Shown: positions 60,020 to 64,000 of the stretch, piece by piece
Position numbering within the stretch: the stretch's first letter is position 1
Layout: every line of letters starts with the position of its first letter
Assembly: GCA_001643675.2 (NCBI GenBank)
Contig: LSRY02000034.1
Span: 124,001-188,000 of the forward strand
Reading direction: 5' to 3'
Source: Monocercomonoides exilis PA203
Taxonomy: Eukaryota; Protista; Preaxostyla
DNA: 64,000 nt
Made by a program: the position numbers and the translations under genes
The notes under the pieces: generated by a model
Seen by the model: only the letters and a program-made list of their open reading frames with translations
The model's database searches: none
Told to the model about the DNA's origin: nothing

Positions 60020-60682
60020 ATGTTTTGGAACGATAAGACTCCTACAAGTCCTGTTAGACAGCCTCCCCGTAAAGCTAGTGACGAATCAACAATTTGCGCA
60101 GATGATGTTGAAGCAGCCCGTATTGAAGCAAAAAGAAAAAGATTTCAGCAAATTGATGCAGAAAGAGCAAAATTGTATTCTGGCTCCCCGAAAGAAAAGC
60201 GAGAATTTCAGTTTGATATTTTTGAATAATAATAATATTTTTTATTATTTGAAAAGACAAAAAACTTTTGAAGATTTAAGAGAGCGAGCTAAACTTAGCA
60301 GTGAAACAAGAAAGAGCACGGCTCAAGCTGAACCACCATCTGTATGAAATTTGTTGATTGAATTCTAACAATTTTAACTTTTAAAAAATAATTAGCCGAT
60401 AAGAGGAGCAGATATTTCTACGCAAAGACAATATGTGGATTCTGTTCGTCAGGCGCAAAGGAGAGAGGCTGAATTATCACTTAGAGAGCAAAACAAAAGG
60501 GTTTTTCCATTTATTTGAATAATTTTATTTTTTAGCGTTTGTAAATATTTTCTAAAATCCGAATGAAATTTTAGTTGGCAGAGGAAAGGAGAATGGCAAA
60601 GCAAAAAGAAAAGGAAAGTGATGCAAAATATGTTGCAACTAGTGAAGCCTTTTTTGACACTTTTGGAAAAAGTCTAAAATGA
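60020..60682 (+). CDS. Small coiled-coil protein, 4 exons, C-terminus FFDTFGKSLK
   Basis: Three short GT-AG introns (about 60211-60256, 60342-60395, 60501-60574) join an open frame ending at TGA 60680-60682. Confidence 0.8.
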
Positions 60683-60937
60683 TTTCAAGATTGAGTTTTT
60701 CATAAAATCAAAATTCACTTCAACAATTCGTTTCTCATTTTATCTAGCACCAATTTCTTCGTTTTTATTTCCTTTCATATCACATTTTTCTTTCATGCAT
60801 TTTCAAATTAGGGAAAACTTGTTAATATGATTCAAATGTGTTTAACATTTTTATGAAGTTTTTCGTTTTGTGAAAATTGATGTTGTAATCCAAAGTTCAA
60901 GCAAATGTATAATTTATATTTTTTCAGATGTTCTTTC

Positions 60938-60946
60938 TATATATAA
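60938..60946 (+). promoter_or_regulatory. TATA box upstream of tRNA-Sec
   Basis: TATATATAA at -33 to -25 from the tRNA 5' end. The background is AT-rich, so position is the main support. Confidence 0.55.
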
Positions 60947-60970
60947 GGCTCTGATCAAATAACCAACATT

Positions 60971-61061
60971 GCCGGACTGAACTTCACTGGTGTGGAGGCA
61001 GGACTTCAAATCCTGTGGCGGTGAATAACCGCAGTGGTTCAATTCCACCTGGGCGGCGCCA
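60971..61061 (+). tRNA. tRNA-Sec: tRNA-Sec (anticodon UCA), eukaryotic 9/4 fold, encoded CCA
   Basis: 6-bp D stem CTTCAC-tggt-GTGGAG; anticodon arm GCAGGA-ctTCAaa-TCCTGT; variable arm GCGGT-gaata-ACCGC; 4-bp T stem GTGG-ttcaatt-CCAC; G discriminator at 61058, then CCA. Confidence 0.95.
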
Positions 61062-61063
61062 TA

Positions 61064-61070
61064 TTTTTTT
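61064..61070 (+). terminator. Pol III oligo-T terminator
   Basis: T7 run starting 3 nt after the CCA. Confidence 0.75.
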
Positions 61071-61196
61071 AACACTTTATGAGCTTTCTCATGAGTGAAA
61101 ACGATTTCTTTCAGTTTTCCATTAAACCAAAAAAAATTGAAAAAGCAATTAATTTTTCTTTCACATTTCAAATAACATCAAAACGAAAACAAGATT

Positions 61197-63801
61197 TTAT
61201 TTTGATCCTGTTTGAAATTTAAACAGACAAGTTTCTAGCAAAAACGAACCTTTCGTAAAGGAAAAGAAAATGAATGGAAAAAACAATGAAAAATTTCAAA
61301 AACATACCAATTGTTGTTCGAACAGGTTGAAAATGAACATTTGGACGACAGTTTTCCATCTCTTTTGCAAACGGATTTATAAGCACAGAGTACAACTGAA
61401 ACAAGGAGAACAAATTAATTAATTAATTTATAAATTTAATAAAATCATATGTTTTATATAAATATTTTTGAAAAAAAATTGAAATATTTTCTCCTTTGAG
61501 CACAAACCCTATGCTTCTCCCAGCCTTGAGGAGGCGGCGATATTCTCACAACTTTCCCATCAGTTGAAAGGGAAACAATCGGATAAAAAGCTTTGTTCAC
61601 AGAAGAATGACTCGAATTTTCCTGTTCCGGCTGAACAATCTTCATAACCTGCTGAAGCGTCGCCGACGGATGGGGCGAGATTCGAACGAGATTCAACGAC
61701 GACTGCGGCGTGATCGGCTGGGACAGCGTGACAAACAGCGGAGAATGAACCGACACAAACACGTCGCTGTGCAGCGGGTGGTGCGACTCAATCCGGGGAA
61801 AGACATACCCTTCAGTGAAAAAAAGCCACGTGAAAATCTCAGTCACTTTCACTTTCCTCGCGCCGGACACCACATCCACCACAACATCTTCCCCAACAAC
61901 GCAGTTTGGCTCTGCCCATCTTTCCTCTTTCGCATCGCTGCTCGCATCGCTCTTGTCCGTCTCACTGATGTCTCCACTACTCCTTTCGTTCTCATCCTCT
62001 TTCTCATCTTCTTTCTTCTCCTTCTCCTCCTCAATCCCCAGCCGCGCCTTCGCACACGCCCTTTTCCTTTGCATCTCCCTCTGGATCTTACTCGCCAGGT
62101 CTTCTTTGCCTCTTCTTCTCTGCTCTGATCCTTCTCCTCTTCTTCCACTTCCACTTCTTATGCTGCTTGGGCTGCACCACTTGGTGATTGCCACTTCCAC
62201 TCTGTAAGCTGTGCCTCGTGTGAGTGGCATTGATGGCAGGAAGAGAAGCAGCCGGCGCTCGGCGTCGACAGAGAAGCGGCCAGACAGCGGAACAGGGCGG
62301 GGGTATATGACAGAGTCGGTGAATGAAGGAGACGGGCAGGGTGGGGAAGGGGAAGGGGAATGAGAAGGAGAGGGGGAAGAAGAGGATGACGTGTCTGAAG
62401 CGCTTGAAATGTTAGAAATATTTGAAGAAGCAGAAGATGGCGATGATGAATAGGAAGAGGCTGAAGATGATTGGGAACAAGAAGCAGCTGAGGATGAAGC
62501 AGACGTTGATGTGGATGAAATGGAAGGAGAAGGAGAAGGGTGTCTGTGTGAAAGTGAGGGTGAGAGCTGGCGAGGTGCTGAAGTGGTTGAAGAAATGGCT
62601 GACTCGGCTTTTGACTGCTGCCCTGCTGGTGAATAACTCAGCTGGTCAGACGGGACTTCTGATGAAATCGTTGGAAGTTCAAAAATCTTTATTCGTTTCA
62701 AATTAAAAAAATGTCAAAAAAAAATATAATAAGTGAAAATTTGTAAGAAATTTGAGTTTTTATTTAATAAATAAAAAATGGAAAACAAAAATTGCAAACC
62801 TTCATTTTTGGCTGTTCGTTCTTTGAGAATTAGTGTTGTCACAGTTGGTTCCAAGTTTGTTTTGAAAAAGAATTAAAAAAGAAACAAAAACGATAATAAT
62901 TGAAAAAAAAAAAAGAAATATAAATCCTTGATTCAAACTATATCTTCAGAAAAAGTTAGATTTCTTCGAAATTTCAAGAAAGGTGAACATAAAAGACTCA
63001 CTTCCTTTGCGAATGGAGAAGGATAAATCAACGATAAATACGAACGAACTCCTTTTTTCCTATAAGACGAAAGATCAAGAAGCATATGCAACACGCAAAA
63101 CTATTCATATTTCATAAAAAAGGAATAATGTTTTTAAATGGCTTGATAACTGAAATACAAAAATTCACACTGGGCCAATTCTCATTGAGCGAAGTGTTGC
63201 TGAATCTGGAATATTTATGCCAATGTACAATAAACGCTGTGCTTCAACAGGACATGACGATTCACTTTCAATCATTTTTTTCACATCAAATCCAGAAATA
63301 AGTGGATGAACGCGGAATTGCACCGTTCCTGAAGGAATAATCACAGAGATATTAAATGCATCAACATGTCTCTTGAAAAGTTACAAATTTAAATATTTTC
63401 AAAAATTATCCATCAAAAAAGAATATATGAATTCTTAAAATATACCTCAACGCGAACAACTGTCCCATCCCAAATGTCCCAATCCAAAAGTGTCTTTCTT
63501 CCAGACAGAGTCTGCCGAGTGAAAAATCAAATAAATCGCAATAATTTTTGCACATTACACAGATATAACACAAACTGATGAGTGAATAAGAGTTTCACCA
63601 ACATATAGAAACATTTCGTTGAGAGGAATAGCCAAAAGAGAATTCACAACAGAGTACAATCCTTGTCTTGCAAAGAACGTTTAATATCATTTAAAAACTT
63701 CTTAAAATACAACAACTACAAATATACATTGAAAGAAGTCTTGGAACAACGTGTGTCTTTTTTGTTTCATCAACTTGAAGAACAATTGTGATAGAAGTCA
63801 T
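61197..63801 (-). CDS. Multi-exon protein: two ubiquitin-like domains + Ig-like (Big_5/SbsA-type) domains with Ser-rich and acidic inserts
   Basis: Assembled exons: MTSITIVLQV...IPLNEMFLYVG...KTLLDWDIWDGTVVRVE; FNISVIIPSG...DVKKMIESESSCPVEAQRLLYIG...SATLRSMRIGPFCVLHMLL; IYPSPFAKEVS; LLFLPSMPLTRGTAYRVEV; PRIESHHP...VSVHSPLFVTLSQPI; ending CLFKFQTGSK* (TAA 61199-61197). Junctions near 62700-62940 are uncertain. Confidence 0.75.
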
Positions 63802-64000
63802 TATTAAAAATGGTTTGTAAAAAATATTCAATTAAAATTATAATTATCTCAACAACAATGCATATGTGAATTACATAAAACGAGAAATTGTTTATATATT
63901 AGATTATAAAAATAAATAACAATGCTCATTCAGATTTGATATCAAGCTTTGTAACGCAGATCTTGTAAAGTTCTTCGACAGTTTGATCGATTGTAAATGA

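Noticed and set aside
60914-61171. 85-aa minus-strand ORF as last exon of the Ubl-Ig gene
   Set aside because: It is the antisense of tRNA-Sec, and the gene already ends at TAA 61197.
1-64000. Alternative genetic code (TAA/TAG = Gln) as in some oxymonads
   Set aside because: Long genes have no in-frame TAA/TAG, and the SLC38A9-like gene ends at TAA exactly where the family C-terminus is expected.

Overview
AT-rich, intron-rich eukaryotic genomic DNA. It uses the standard code: a 2136-codon ORF has no in-frame TAA/TAG. The gene families and short GTTTG...(C/T/A)AG introns suggest an oxymonad such as Monocercomonoides; this is an inference from recalled family features, not a search result. 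The left two-thirds is an accessory mosaic. It holds three copies of a lineage-specific helical gene family (family A), three decayed copies of a second unknown family (family B), fragments of giant surface receptor-like genes, and a DIRS-type tyrosine-recombinase retrotransposon (gag, intact RT-RNase H, broken YR). It also holds many GG-terminal TIR elements with 4-bp A(T/C)AT target duplications. Two of these, 5.9 and 5.3 kb, enclose gene fragments and a family-B copy in the same position and orientation, and are candidate Pack-type elements. One MITE instead has an 8-bp TSD. Core-looking genes are an SLC38A9-like transporter with a large internal insert, a type-I membrane protein, an F-box + TMEM185-like membrane protein, a small coiled-coil gene and a Ubl-Ubl-Ig-like protein. 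A ~2340-codon receptor pseudokinase is interrupted only by two in-frame TGA codons, and there is a truncated CDK8-like kinase. A selenocysteine tRNA (UCA) gene not visible in the ORF track lies at 60971-61061, with an upstream TATA box, an encoded CCA and a distorted acceptor stem. Exon models were assembled by eye and are approximate.
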